A program made the translations under genes and the position numbers. From positions 1 through 64,000 of the IMG/VR virus record IMGVR_UViG_2548876809_000002: a DNA stretch of 64,000 bases; one strand, written 5' to 3'. The notes under the pieces are model-generated. The model was not told where the DNA came from, ran no database searches, and saw only the letters and a program-made list of their open reading frames with translations. The stretch is from a virus (lineage: Duplodnaviria > Caudoviricetes). Within the stretch, counting starts at the first letter, position 1. Every line of letters begins with the position of its first letter. This document shows, one piece after another, positions 37,398-46,040 of the stretch.

Positions 37398-38398
37398 TGA
37401 CTGCCCCCGCCAAAGCCGCGCCGATGCGCGAGGATATTACGCGGGCTGATCGATTGGTAAAGCTGATATTTCCGGCGGCTGCCGCTGCTTGGGACAGAGA
37501 AATTCAAGCGAGCCTAGACAAAGGAATGTCCCGAGCAGGTGCAATCGATGATGCTTACAATCGCACCAAGAGTTTTCGGTCTGAAGTAAATTGGATTGAG
37601 TGCTGCGACCGCGTCAGGAATGCCCTCGCCCACACCGCCCGCCCCGACGTCGATATAGCATGGCGGCTTGATCGCATTCGAGATGATGGCGGGCCGCTGA
37701 CAGCTTCAGATAAGGCCTTTCTTGCCGAAGCGGCTAATTGCCTTCGCACCGCCCGCCCCGACGCCGGGCCGTGCGTCGCCGCACCGGATCATGCCGATAT
37801 TCTCGAAACGATCGAGAACGCCGCCGATAACTGGCAGGCCAGCGGCTACACCAGCGCGCTTGCCGAAGTGCGTGACATGGCAAACGTTGGTCGATCACTG
37901 ATGGAGGCATTGCCCACCGGCTATTGCTACATGGACAGCCCCGCCGAAATCGTCTGCGATCTGCAAAACAAGTTGGAAGAAGCGACCGCCCGCCCCGACG
38001 CCGGGGATGAGGATGTCGAGCGCATGGCGTTTCCTGACATCGGCCCTGATCCCATGAAGGGCGACCAAAGGACCACCGAGGAAGCCGTAGCGCGGGTACG
38101 CGAAGCCTATGTGAAACAGCAGGCGGGCGTGCCGGATCAAACCGCGCTTGTCTGGCGCTGGGATATCGGCGTGATCCTATCGGAAAACACGCGTCTCGCA
38201 TCGCGCGCCGCCGCCCGCGATGGGGTGGGCCGGGGGATGGTCGAGCGGAACGAGCAGTTAGCGGCAGCCGTTGCCAAAATACTGCCAATCGGAAACCCTC
38301 GACTGCCGGGCGATCGCGTTGTGCCGATTTACGTCCGCATGGATGAGCTTCGGGCGCTGTGGGCTCTCTCTGCCTTGGACAAGGTCCAGCCCCAATGA
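37397..38398 (+). CDS. Modular (Ea22/Eaa-style mosaic) early protein
   Basis: AAPMRE leader and three TARPD repeat junctions. Confidence 0.6.
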   Translation: MTAPAKAAPMREDITRADRLVKLIFPAAAAAWDREIQASLDKGMSRAGAIDDAYNRTKSFRSEVNWIECCDRVRNALAHTARPDVDIAWRLDRIRDDGGPLTASDKAFLAEAANCLRTARPDAGPCVAAPDHADILETIENAADNWQASGYTSALAEVRDMANVGRSLMEALPTGYCYMDSPAEIVCDLQNKLEEATARPDAGDEDVERMAFPDIGPDPMKGDQRTTEEAVARVREAYVKQQAGVPDQTALVWRWDIGVILSENTRLASRAAARDGVGRGMVERNEQLAAAVAKILPIGNPRLPGDRVVPIYVRMDELRALWALSALDKVQPQ

Positions 38399-38829
38399 GC
38401 ATGAGCGCGAGCTTGAGCGATGCGCGACCACGCTACGCTGACGAGCACGATACGCTCGCCAGCCTCGCCGCGCACCTGCTCGGCGAGCGCGTCGCACGCT
38501 ATCCCGCTGCCGTCGCAGCTGCGAAGCTCACACAGGCCGACGCCGACACCGGTATCCGCATCATGTCGGCGATAGCCGCAAGGTGGCGCGCGATTGCCGA
38601 CCGCCAGCCCCTGCCCCCGACCTGCGCCTGTTGCGGCGGTGCAAGTCTACACGAGCAGCGCGATACGCTTGCAGCGGCAGCGGCACGTACCAGCCAGATC
38701 GCGGCCAAGGATCGCGGCAACGCCAATAAGGCGGACTATGCCGCCGCTGCCACCACGCTTCTGTGGCACGCCGAGCATGCTCTCGCTGCCGAAGCCAACT
38801 GCAGGAATGGCTATGCCGAAGCGGCCTGA
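38395..38829 (+). CDS. Hypothetical protein
   Basis: ATGA coupling. Confidence 0.55.
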   Translation: MSMSASLSDARPRYADEHDTLASLAAHLLGERVARYPAAVAAAKLTQADADTGIRIMSAIAARWRAIADRQPLPPTCACCGGASLHEQRDTLAAAAARTSQIAAKDRGNANKADYAAAATTLLWHAEHALAAEANCRNGYAEAA

Positions 38830-39244
38830 CTCCGCGCCAGGAGCAGCCTTGTTACAAGGCTGCTCTCAGAAGGGCCACAACCGCATGCCCGGACAACAGG
38901 CGGGGGACTGGACCGCTCGCCCCTGCCCTGAGTGCATGGGGCTTTTTGAACCGAAGGTCGTCAACCAGCTGTTCTGCAAGCCGGAGCATAACACGGCCTG
39001 GAACAACCGGGCGACCAAGCGTGGTCGCGTTCTCACGCCGCTGTCGATCGTCGCGCGGGTAACCCGCAATGGCACGCGAGGCACTCCGGAAGCGCGAGAG
39101 GCGGGCCGCGTGGCATCGTCGCAACACAACACGCTGATCCAGCGCTATCGCGACGAGGATCGCGCGGCCAACGACGGAAAGGGCCGGATGGAGTGGCCGG
39201 ACTTTATGATCTTGCGGATCCGGCAGGGGTTCGACCCGCTATGA
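38813..39244 (+). CDS. Zn-finger hypothetical protein
   Basis: CPEC..F....QLFC motif; coupled to xis. Confidence 0.55.
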   Translation: MPKRPDSAPGAALLQGCSQKGHNRMPGQQAGDWTARPCPECMGLFEPKVVNQLFCKPEHNTAWNNRATKRGRVLTPLSIVARVTRNGTRGTPEAREAGRVASSQHNTLIQRYRDEDRAANDGKGRMEWPDFMILRIRQGFDPL

Positions 39245-39525
39245 CTCTGCTGACCCCCGAAGAGGCAGCCGCGCGGATCCACGTCTGCACGAAGACCTTG
39301 CGCCAGCTGCGACGTGACGGGCACATTCGCTATATCGCCATCTCCGATCGCGTGATTCGGTACCGGCCCGAAGATTGCGACGATTTCATTGAAGGCCGCG
39401 TTCGGAAAGCACCAGAATGTCAGTCTACAAGCCGAAAAACTCGCCGTACTTCCAATTCGACTTCGTCTGGAAAGGTCGTCGCTTTTTCGGAACGACAGGC
39501 TGCAAAAGCAAACGCGCAGCGCTAG
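39241..39525 (+). CDS. xis: Excisionase-like HTH protein
   Basis: LLTPEEAAARIHVCTKTLRQL MerR/HTH_17 pattern; overlaps int by 109 nt. Confidence 0.75.
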   Translation: MTLLTPEEAAARIHVCTKTLRQLRRDGHIRYIAISDRVIRYRPEDCDDFIEGRVRKAPECQSTSRKTRRTSNSTSSGKVVAFSERQAAKANAQR

Positions 39526-40511
39526 CGCACGAGGAGATCGAGCGGGCCAAGGCGCGCAATGGCGGCAACCTACGACCGCCCATCACCCTCGACGAAGCCT
39601 GTGGGCTCTACCAAGACAAGGTCGAGGAGCTGCCCAGTTGGATAGATACCGAACGCCATATGCGAATGCTTATGGCCGGCCTTGGCGGCGCGCATCTCTT
39701 GTCCGAAATCACTCAACGGGATCTCCTCGCACTCGTTGCGAAGCGTCGGGCGACGCTCGCCAACTCTTCCGTCAACCGTGAGATCGAGGACTGGCGCGCG
39801 ATCTGGCGGTGGGCGGATAAGGCCCGTTACGACGTCGGCGAAATGCCCAACTGGGGCGCGCTGTTTCTCAAAGTCGCGAAGACCGATCCTCGTGAGTTGA
39901 GCGCTAACGAAGAGGACAAGCTCTTTGGCGAGATCCGACGTGACCTGTTCGACTTCTGCTCGTTCGCGCTGAAAACCGGGTGGCGGCTGAGCGAAGTGAT
40001 CGGGCTGCGTTGGGTCGACCTGGACATGGCGAACGCGTCGGCCGTCACTCGGATCAAGGGGGGCGACATCGTCAAGCGACCGCTGACACAGGAGATGATC
40101 ATCATCATCGCCAACCAGCCTCGCGTCGGTCTGATACCGAACGTGTTCACCTATGTCGCGGTGCGAACAAAGCCAGGGTTCACTGACGCCCTTGGACGCA
40201 AGCAACCAGTTCGGATCAAGGGGCAGCGTTACCCGATGACGGAAAGCGTGCTGCGGAAGCCCTGGGTGGCAGCCAAGGAAGCTGCCGGCATCGAGAACTT
40301 CCGCTTCCACGACTTGCGCCATACGCGTGGCACCAGGATCTTGCGCGCTACGGGCAATCTCGCTGTCGCGAAAGAGGCGCTGAAGCACCGGTCGATCAAA
40401 ACAACGCTGCGCTACGCGCATGCCACCGATGACGATGTTCGGCAGGCTTTGGATGCAAGCGAGTCCCGGACTATCCCCGAAGCCAAGCCGCAGCACCTGC
40501 GAAAAGCTTAA
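39417..40511 (+). CDS. int: Tyrosine integrase of prophage A
   Basis: TGWRLSE (R), FHDLRHT (HxxR), LKH...RYAH (Y). Confidence 0.93.
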   Translation: MSVYKPKNSPYFQFDFVWKGRRFFGTTGCKSKRAALAHEEIERAKARNGGNLRPPITLDEACGLYQDKVEELPSWIDTERHMRMLMAGLGGAHLLSEITQRDLLALVAKRRATLANSSVNREIEDWRAIWRWADKARYDVGEMPNWGALFLKVAKTDPRELSANEEDKLFGEIRRDLFDFCSFALKTGWRLSEVIGLRWVDLDMANASAVTRIKGGDIVKRPLTQEMIIIIANQPRVGLIPNVFTYVAVRTKPGFTDALGRKQPVRIKGQRYPMTESVLRKPWVAAKEAAGIENFRFHDLRHTRGTRILRATGNLAVAKEALKHRSIKTTLRYAHATDDDVRQALDASESRTIPEAKPQHLRKA

Positions 40512-40545
40512 TTAGATCAAAGATTTAACTGGTCGTAGCTGTCAG

Positions 40546-40585
40546 CGGTGTAAACGAGACGCTCTACCAACTGAGCTAATCGCCC
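40546..40585 (-). tRNA. tRNA-Val(TAC) 5' half only (att junction)
   Basis: Minus strand GGGCGATTAGCTCAGTTGGTAGAGCGTCTCGTTTACACCG; no 3' anticodon strand, T-loop or acceptor follows. Confidence 0.85.
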
Positions 40586-41832
40586 TCGCTCTCGCGAGAC
40601 GCTAGGAAAGCTGCGGCTTCCGGACTGTCTCGCCGCATAACGACGGTCTGTCCATTTCCCACTTTGGCCCGCACATGGCCCGCATCCCAAACATCGGCTG
40701 CGGCCATGACCTCGCGAAACATCGTGGTCAGCACTCCTTGCGCGTTGGCGAGATAGTCCGGATCATATTTCGCGTAAACCCCCGTCGTCTTTTTCAGGAC
40801 GCGGTGGCCGAGCAGCGTCTCGATCTCGTCAGTGGGCACGCGGTTAGTGCGCAGGTAGGTCGCGACCGTGTGCCGAATCGTCTTGGCGACAACCTCGTCG
40901 CCCAGCCCGAGCGCGCGCCGCAGCGTTCGCCACGCCGTCCGTTTGGAATGGACGCGCGCGCTGTTCGACGCGCGCCAGGCGCGCAGGATGGCGGCCATAT
41001 CCTCGATCGCCGGCAGGATCGGATTGACCTTCTTCGTGCGCTGCCAGTGTGCCGGATGCAGGTCGACCAGCTTGCGCCCCTCGTCCCATTGCGTGCGCGG
41101 GTCGAACTGGCTCGCAGCTTCCGGCCGCGCCGCGGTGGACAGGATCAGCAGGACGAAGCGCAGCATCTCGATGTCGCCTCGCGCGAACCCGACGATCGCG
41201 CCCAACTCTTCCATCGACAGAACGCGGTCCTTCGCCTGCGACCGGTACTGGTCGGGCACAGCGGGCACCTTTGGCGCATACGGGATTCGGCCATTGTCGG
41301 CATGATGCGTCAGCGCGGCGCGGATGTCGTCGAGGTTGCGCTGGACGCTTTCGCCGCGGACGCCCTTCGCAGAGGTGTGCTTGTAATCCTTCCCGCCCCA
41401 CGGGACGTCGTAGCTATGCGGGCCCATGCGCCAGACGCGGAAGCGGACGAATAGGTTCGGCGTGATGTCGGCGACGGCCAGATCAAGCCCGGTGTCGGGA
41501 TCCTGATCGAGGAAACCGATGAAGCACCGCAACGAGCTCGCGATCTGCGCGGGCGACACGACGCTCTTGCCGTGCTCCTCCCAGTACAGGAACAGCAGCG
41601 GAATCACCTTTGCCTCGGTGGGATGCTGCGCGCCGCGCGCGCGGGCACTCTCGAAGTGCGCGGTGATCTTGCCCTTGGCGTCCGCTAGGCTCCGGCACCG
41701 AGTGCTGCGATAGCTGATCGATCGAGTTTCGGCGTTGTAGCTGGCGATTTGCCAGACGTCGGGCGACTTGCCGTCGCGCCGCTTGTCGAGCCAGAAATCG
41801 CCGACGATGTAGGGTGATGTTTCGCGGCCCAT
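40576..41832 (-). CDS. int: Tyrosine integrase of prophage B
   Basis: STAARPE, TIRHT, LGH...GVYAKY; stop codon lies within the tRNA 5' end. Confidence 0.9.
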   Translation of the reverse strand: MGRETSPYIVGDFWLDKRRDGKSPDVWQIASYNAETRSISYRSTRCRSLADAKGKITAHFESARARGAQHPTEAKVIPLLFLYWEEHGKSVVSPAQIASSLRCFIGFLDQDPDTGLDLAVADITPNLFVRFRVWRMGPHSYDVPWGGKDYKHTSAKGVRGESVQRNLDDIRAALTHHADNGRIPYAPKVPAVPDQYRSQAKDRVLSMEELGAIVGFARGDIEMLRFVLLILSTAARPEAASQFDPRTQWDEGRKLVDLHPAHWQRTKKVNPILPAIEDMAAILRAWRASNSARVHSKRTAWRTLRRALGLGDEVVAKTIRHTVATYLRTNRVPTDEIETLLGHRVLKKTTGVYAKYDPDYLANAQGVLTTMFREVMAAADVWDAGHVRAKVGNGQTVVMRRDSPEAAAFLASRESEGD

Positions 41833-41984
41833 GTGGCCTTAAGCTCCTCGGTTTCAGCACGTTGAAGGGAATCGAGCGCGCCGACCTCGACCAGCGCGCG
41901 AAGCTCGTCCAGGCTGAAGGACGTGCCAGTTTCGTTGCGCAAAGCGCGTTTGAACTTCTTCGCCAGAGTGGTGATGTCGCTCAT
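41685..41984 (-). CDS. Probable excisionase/RDF overlapping int
   Basis: ATG 41984 coupled to DUF1643 stop; overlaps int by 148 nt. Confidence 0.5.
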   Translation of the reverse strand: MSDITTLAKKFKRALRNETGTSFSLDELRALVEVGALDSLQRAETEELKATWAAKHHPTSSAISGSTSGATASRPTSGKSPATTPKLDRSAIAALGAGA

Positions 41985-42508
41985 AGCGCACTCCAAGGTT
42001 GAGGGATGATGTCGTGCCCCACGTAGAGCGGGTGCTTCGGCGTTCCGTCGGCGTTGATCTGGAAGGCGGTGACGCGGGCGCCGGCGGCGGCGAGCAGCCC
42101 CAGCACGGCGCGCCCGCGGTCGAGGTGCCGCCCATGCGCGCCCCAAGCTGCGACCAGCGCCACCTTGCGTTCGATCGAGATCAGCGCCGCCAGACGGATC
42201 GCTTCGTCGTTCTCCGGTCCGATCGGCTCGGGATGCAGCTTCATCACGCGCGGATCGGTGGCGCGTAGGGCAAACAGATTGACGACCACCACGCCCCCAT
42301 ACGCCCAGGCGCGCGCGCGCTTGGCGAGACCAGCGATCGTCGGATCGAGCTTCTCGTGTGTCGCGGTCGACGGGTTCAGCATGCAGACGACGAGCGGCGG
42401 CAGCGCGCGGTCCCAGATCCACGACAGGCTGTAGCGATGGGCCTCGTCGTCGGAGAAGGTGGCGGTGCACTTCATGCCGGAGAGGTCGCTGCGTGATAGG
42501 GTCTTCAT
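41981..42508 (-). CDS. DUF1643 family protein
   Basis: HRYSL...MLNPSTA...DPT...NLFALRATDP...AAWGAHG...HPLY. Confidence 0.85.
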   Translation of the reverse strand: MKTLSRSDLSGMKCTATFSDDEAHRYSLSWIWDRALPPLVVCMLNPSTATHEKLDPTIAGLAKRARAWAYGGVVVVNLFALRATDPRVMKLHPEPIGPENDEAIRLAALISIERKVALVAAWGAHGRHLDRGRAVLGLLAAAGARVTAFQINADGTPKHPLYVGHDIIPQPWSAL

Positions 42509-42785
42509 CGTTCCCCGTCCCGCTTGACGACGACGCCGGGCCGAACGAATTTCAGATCCTCGGTGATCGTGACGATCGCTTTGGTGCCGGTCTTGTAAGG
42601 TGGTGACCCGGCGGTCTCGTCCTCGAATCGCACGTCAACGTTACTCCGGGACCTTTCGCGCTCGTTGGCGCTCGAGCGCCTATTTGCAGGCAGACGGCAT
42701 CTGCGATCAAACGCTCGAGCTCTTTGCTATCCAAGACTGCGTGGTGTTTCCGGACGTGAGTCTCGGTGGTGACGACGTCTTTCAT
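42505..42785 (-). pseudogene. Hypothetical protein with apparent frameshift near 42639
   Basis: +1 base gives VTVDVRFEDETAGSPPYKTG...DGER ending at the coupled TGA 42505. Confidence 0.5.
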
Positions 42786-43045
42786 TGCTGCTCGGGCTCC
42801 TCGTCCCAATGCTTGTTCAGGATATCGACGACGCGGCGGGCGATCGCTTCCGGCTCGTTTGCGTATGCCGAGACAATCAGGACCGGGAAGTTCAGGCTAT
42901 GGCTGGTGCTGCCGCTCTCGTTCCGGACCGGCGCGCTCTGGTAGAGCACCGCCCAGGCCGTTCGGTCTGCCGAGTCGAGGTTACGCAGGTAGGCAGTCTG
43001 ATCGGCAGACCAGCACAAGTGGTCCTTGCTTACGGCGGCGGTCAT
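42782..43045 (-). CDS. Hypothetical protein
   Basis: Coupled; FPVLIVSAYANEPEAIARRVVDILN. Confidence 0.55.
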   Translation of the reverse strand: MTAAVSKDHLCWSADQTAYLRNLDSADRTAWAVLYQSAPVRNESGSTSHSLNFPVLIVSAYANEPEAIARRVVDILNKHWDEEPEQQ

Positions 43046-43335
43046 TGGATGCCAGCTCCTACTACCGGCTCATCCTTGCCGACGAAGGTGGCACTCACAT
43101 CGCTAGCGACTGAGGTGCCGGTCGAGATCCGCGTCAGGATAGCGAACAGCCGGTCCATTTCGTGCTGTCCGACGATGAACGAATCCTCTGCGGTGTCCGG
43201 ATGGCTGATCACGATGCTTACCTCGCAATCGGCACCGGCACGCTCTGCGAGCTCGCGAAGGAAGTCGATCGCAGTTGCCGACGCCATCTTGAGCTCGTCG
43301 AGCAGGTTCTGGTTTGCTGTCGCCATGTCGCTCAT
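43042..43335 (-). CDS. Hypothetical protein
   Basis: Coupled ORF. Confidence 0.55.
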   Translation of the reverse strand: MSDMATANQNLLDELKMASATAIDFLRELAERAGADCEVSIVISHPDTAEDSFIVGQHEMDRLFAILTRISTGTSVASDVSATFVGKDEPVVGAGIQ

Positions 43336-43793
43336 CGGATTACCTTCCCGGCATCGTTCGCGCCCGACCGAGGCTCGCTCTCCCACAATCCAGGCGGATC
43401 GAAGCGGTTGAAGCCTTTCGCGGACTGCTCGGTAGGCAGACGATGAGGCAACCCGACCTTCTCCGATGTCGCATTAAATTTTGCGGCGGTGGCTTGGGCC
43501 AGATCGATCCCATAATATGCGGCCAGCTTGTCGAGGCAGACAACGACGTCGCCGATCTCTTCCGCAAGGTCCGCGACGGTGGCGCGCGAACCCCGCCAGC
43601 TCTGCGCTTCCCGGTGCAGCTTTTTGACGACGTTCAGCACCTCGCCGACCTCTCCTCCAAGCTCGGTGGCGTGGAACAGGCCGCAAGGTAGCTCAGTCTC
43701 GCTGCACCACGTCGCCATCCGGTCCGCAGCGACGCGACGCAGCTGGGTCAGAAAGTCCTCGCGCATCGGCGCGGCGGTGGGGGTGTCGTTCAT
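43332..43793 (-). CDS. mazG: MazG-like nucleotide pyrophosphohydrolase
   Basis: ELGGEVGEVLNVVKK...LAEEIGDVVV...AKFN; AAPMRE leader. Confidence 0.85.
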   Translation of the reverse strand: MNDTPTAAPMREDFLTQLRRVAADRMATWCSETELPCGLFHATELGGEVGEVLNVVKKLHREAQSWRGSRATVADLAEEIGDVVVCLDKLAAYYGIDLAQATAAKFNATSEKVGLPHRLPTEQSAKGFNRFDPPGLWESEPRSGANDAGKVIR

Positions 43794-43798
43794 CGGTG

Positions 43799-45037
43799 TC
43801 AGGCTCCCACAAGGTCGCGAAAGAGGATCGGCTGTTCGCTGCCGTCGGCGAAGACGCTGTCGAGCCAGGCAGCGGCGCTGGGTTCGTCGCCGCCCCATTT
43901 ATCGGGATAGGTGCGCTCGGCGATGAGACGGCGGATAAGCGCCTCCTCTTCAGCGTTGATCAGATCGATGCCGCGTTCCGGCGTGCCGGCTGCGACCGCG
44001 CCGGCGCAGACACGGCGCTGAATATCAAGAATCTGCTCAAGGGCAGCGCTCCGCGCTTCCAGCGTCAACGGTCCCATGCGTTGCGGGTTCTTCGCGATCG
44101 ATCCGTCTTTTAGCCGTTCGACACCGGACTTGCGGTGTCGCTGCGCGGGCAGTCGCATCCAGCGATAGATCGGCCGCAACTCGAGCAGCGGCGTCAGGTG
44201 GGTCCACCCCGGCGTCGCGACGATGACTGCAAGCGCCGTATCTTCGGCGGCGAGTGGGCAACCGGTGCAGCCCGTACGAGCGTTGACCTCGACGGCGTCG
44301 TCACCGCCATAGGCATCCGCCAAGATCGCGGTGGGCCAGCCCCCGAATTCATCGCGCGGTGCGTAGACCTTTAGCCAATCCCAGACGATGCAAACGCCCC
44401 AGTGCAGGATCGGCGCGAGCGTTGCGATCCGACCGCGAATTCCTGGGGAGTTCGGCAGAACCTGTTGATACCAGCCCTGCCCGCACTCGGCACCGTCCTT
44501 CGAGCACGACATGCGGATGCGGCCATCGCGGACGGCGCTTTCGCCTTCACGTACGCCGGTGATCGTCAGCAGCGTACCCGGCAGGGATTTGAGCACCTCA
44601 GCCATGGCCGCGGCCATTGGATCGACCTTGATCTGGCGAGTGCACCAGCGCAGCGTGTTGTTGTTCGGCGGTGGGACGCCGCGCCCCAAGATGTACGGCA
44701 TGAAGCGTTTCTCGATCGGCGCGCGGACGACGATCACCTTGATCCAGTTGCGCTCACTCAGCTTGGCCATGATCATTTCCGCGGCGGCCTGAATGGGCGG
44801 AAGTTCCTGCCGAGTGTCGGCGTACAGCACGTAAAGGCATTCTGGCCGCGGCAGTTCACCAGCGTCGATCAGATGGACGATCAGCGACAGGGTCGCGGTG
44901 CTATCCTTGCCGCCCGACCACGCGACCGCGACGTGTTCGTGCTGATCCCAGTAAGCACGGAGAGACGCGAGGGTCATCTCGACCGCTTCCTCGTGCAGCA
45001 TACGCGCGCCCCGCGCAAAGAGGTTGTCGACGGCCAT
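43799..45037 (-). CDS. PAPS-reductase family / DndC-like PP-loop enzyme
   Basis: WSGGKDS PP-loop, RWCTRQIK, TGVREGES, RTGCTGCP Cys motifs. Confidence 0.88.
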   Translation of the reverse strand: MAVDNLFARGARMLHEEAVEMTLASLRAYWDQHEHVAVAWSGGKDSTATLSLIVHLIDAGELPRPECLYVLYADTRQELPPIQAAAEMIMAKLSERNWIKVIVVRAPIEKRFMPYILGRGVPPPNNNTLRWCTRQIKVDPMAAAMAEVLKSLPGTLLTITGVREGESAVRDGRIRMSCSKDGAECGQGWYQQVLPNSPGIRGRIATLAPILHWGVCIVWDWLKVYAPRDEFGGWPTAILADAYGGDDAVEVNARTGCTGCPLAAEDTALAVIVATPGWTHLTPLLELRPIYRWMRLPAQRHRKSGVERLKDGSIAKNPQRMGPLTLEARSAALEQILDIQRRVCAGAVAAGTPERGIDLINAEEEALIRRLIAERTYPDKWGGDEPSAAAWLDSVFADGSEQPILFRDLVGA

Positions 45038-45040
45038 TGT

Positions 45041-45388
45041 TCAGCCTTCACCATTGTTGAGGACGGCGGCACGTGAGGCGAGCCGGTGATAGACAGGGGT
45101 GGCGGGCGCACCGACGATGAGCCGGACAATCGCGGGATGGTGGAGCTTGCCGCCGGCACCCATCCAAGTCAGGCGACCGTAGTGGATCCAGTCCTCGGGC
45201 AGCTCGGACGCGCCGAACCGCAGCAGCGGCTCGATGTCCTCCGGATGCTCGGCGAGGTAGGAGACGAAGCTCCCAGCCGTCTGCGTACCGCTGACGCCTG
45301 CGGCCTGCGCCAATGCTTCCGAGACCTCGGCGAGCCGCCTGATCACCGCGGCGGCGGCGGCGAAGTCCATCGTCGACAGGTCAGTCAT
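45041..45388 (-). CDS. Hypothetical protein
   Basis: ATG 45388 coupled. Confidence 0.55.
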   Translation of the reverse strand: MTDLSTMDFAAAAAVIRRLAEVSEALAQAAGVSGTQTAGSFVSYLAEHPEDIEPLLRFGASELPEDWIHYGRLTWMGAGGKLHHPAIVRLIVGAPATPVYHRLASRAAVLNNGEG

Positions 45389-45567
45389 GGCAGCACCGTC
45401 GCGCAGATGGCACCGACCATGACGACCGCGCATGCGAACGCAGCGCCGCCAAAGACGGTGGCGAACTCGGGGTGCCGACCACGCAGGACCCGGCTGCTCC
45501 CCCATAGGAGTAAAACGAAGAGAAAAGTGCCGGCGGCGATCGCCAACGGCAGGCTGGCGCGACTCAT
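45385..45567 (-). CDS. Small two-TM membrane protein
   Basis: Two hydrophobic stretches; coupled. Confidence 0.55.
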   Translation of the reverse strand: MSRASLPLAIAAGTFLFVLLLWGSSRVLRGRHPEFATVFGGAAFACAVVMVGAICATVLP

Positions 45568-46040
45568 GCGAACTCACCGCATCCACGACCGACGAGCTCG
45601 CCGTTCTCGCCGCCCGTGAAGTCGCGCCAATGCACCCAACCCTTCGGACAGGCGAAGCCCCACTCGCGGACCTTGGGCCCGGTCATGAACAGCGACACCG
45701 CGCGCTCGCCGGGTAGGATCTCAAGACGGTGCAGCGCGTCGGCGCCGCGGCTGCCGATCCACCCGGCCTCGCGCCTGAACGAACCCTCTGGCGTGTGCTC
45801 GACGTAGCGGCCCGAGAGCAGCATCGACGTGTTCGGCCACGGGTGGTCGTGCAGCGCGCGGTCATCGTCGCTGCGCAGGATCTCGTGCAGGTAGACGTTC
45901 GCGCCCTCATTGCGCGGCACGACCCACCAGCGGCGGAGATACGGTGCGGCGGCCTCGCCGATGATGAAGTCCGGCGCACGCGCCATGACGTCCTGCGCCC
46001 ATTCCGCCATATCGGCGGCGGTGGCGTATCCGATGCTCAT
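45564..46040 (-). CDS. Cupin-like protein
   Basis: YLHEI...ALHDHPW...GRYVE...HRLE cupin metal motif. Confidence 0.7.
   Translation of the reverse strand: MSIGYATAADMAEWAQDVMARAPDFIIGEAAAPYLRRWWVVPRNEGANVYLHEILRSDDDRALHDHPWPNTSMLLSGRYVEHTPEGSFRREAGWIGSRGADALHRLEILPGERAVSLFMTGPKVREWGFACPKGWVHWRDFTGGENGELVGRGCGEFA

Larger units (their letters stand above)
1..40545. mobile_element. Prophage A, lambda/Gifsy-2-like cos siphovirus (left boundary outside window)
   Basis: Ordered modules int-early-cI/cro-primase-terminase-portal-capsid-tail-lysis; right end at the tRNA-Val fragment. Confidence 0.93.

Noticed and set aside
36964-38005. CRISPR array
   Set aside because: Repeats are in-frame coding, irregularly spaced (114-440 nt), few, and no cas genes are present
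40500-40585. Intact tRNA-Val gene
   Set aside because: The 3' anticodon strand does not pair beyond 2 bp; no TTC T-loop and no acceptor 3' strand
43799-45037. Complete Dnd phosphorothioation system
   Set aside because: Only a DndC-like gene; no dndA/B/D/E or ssp genes in the window
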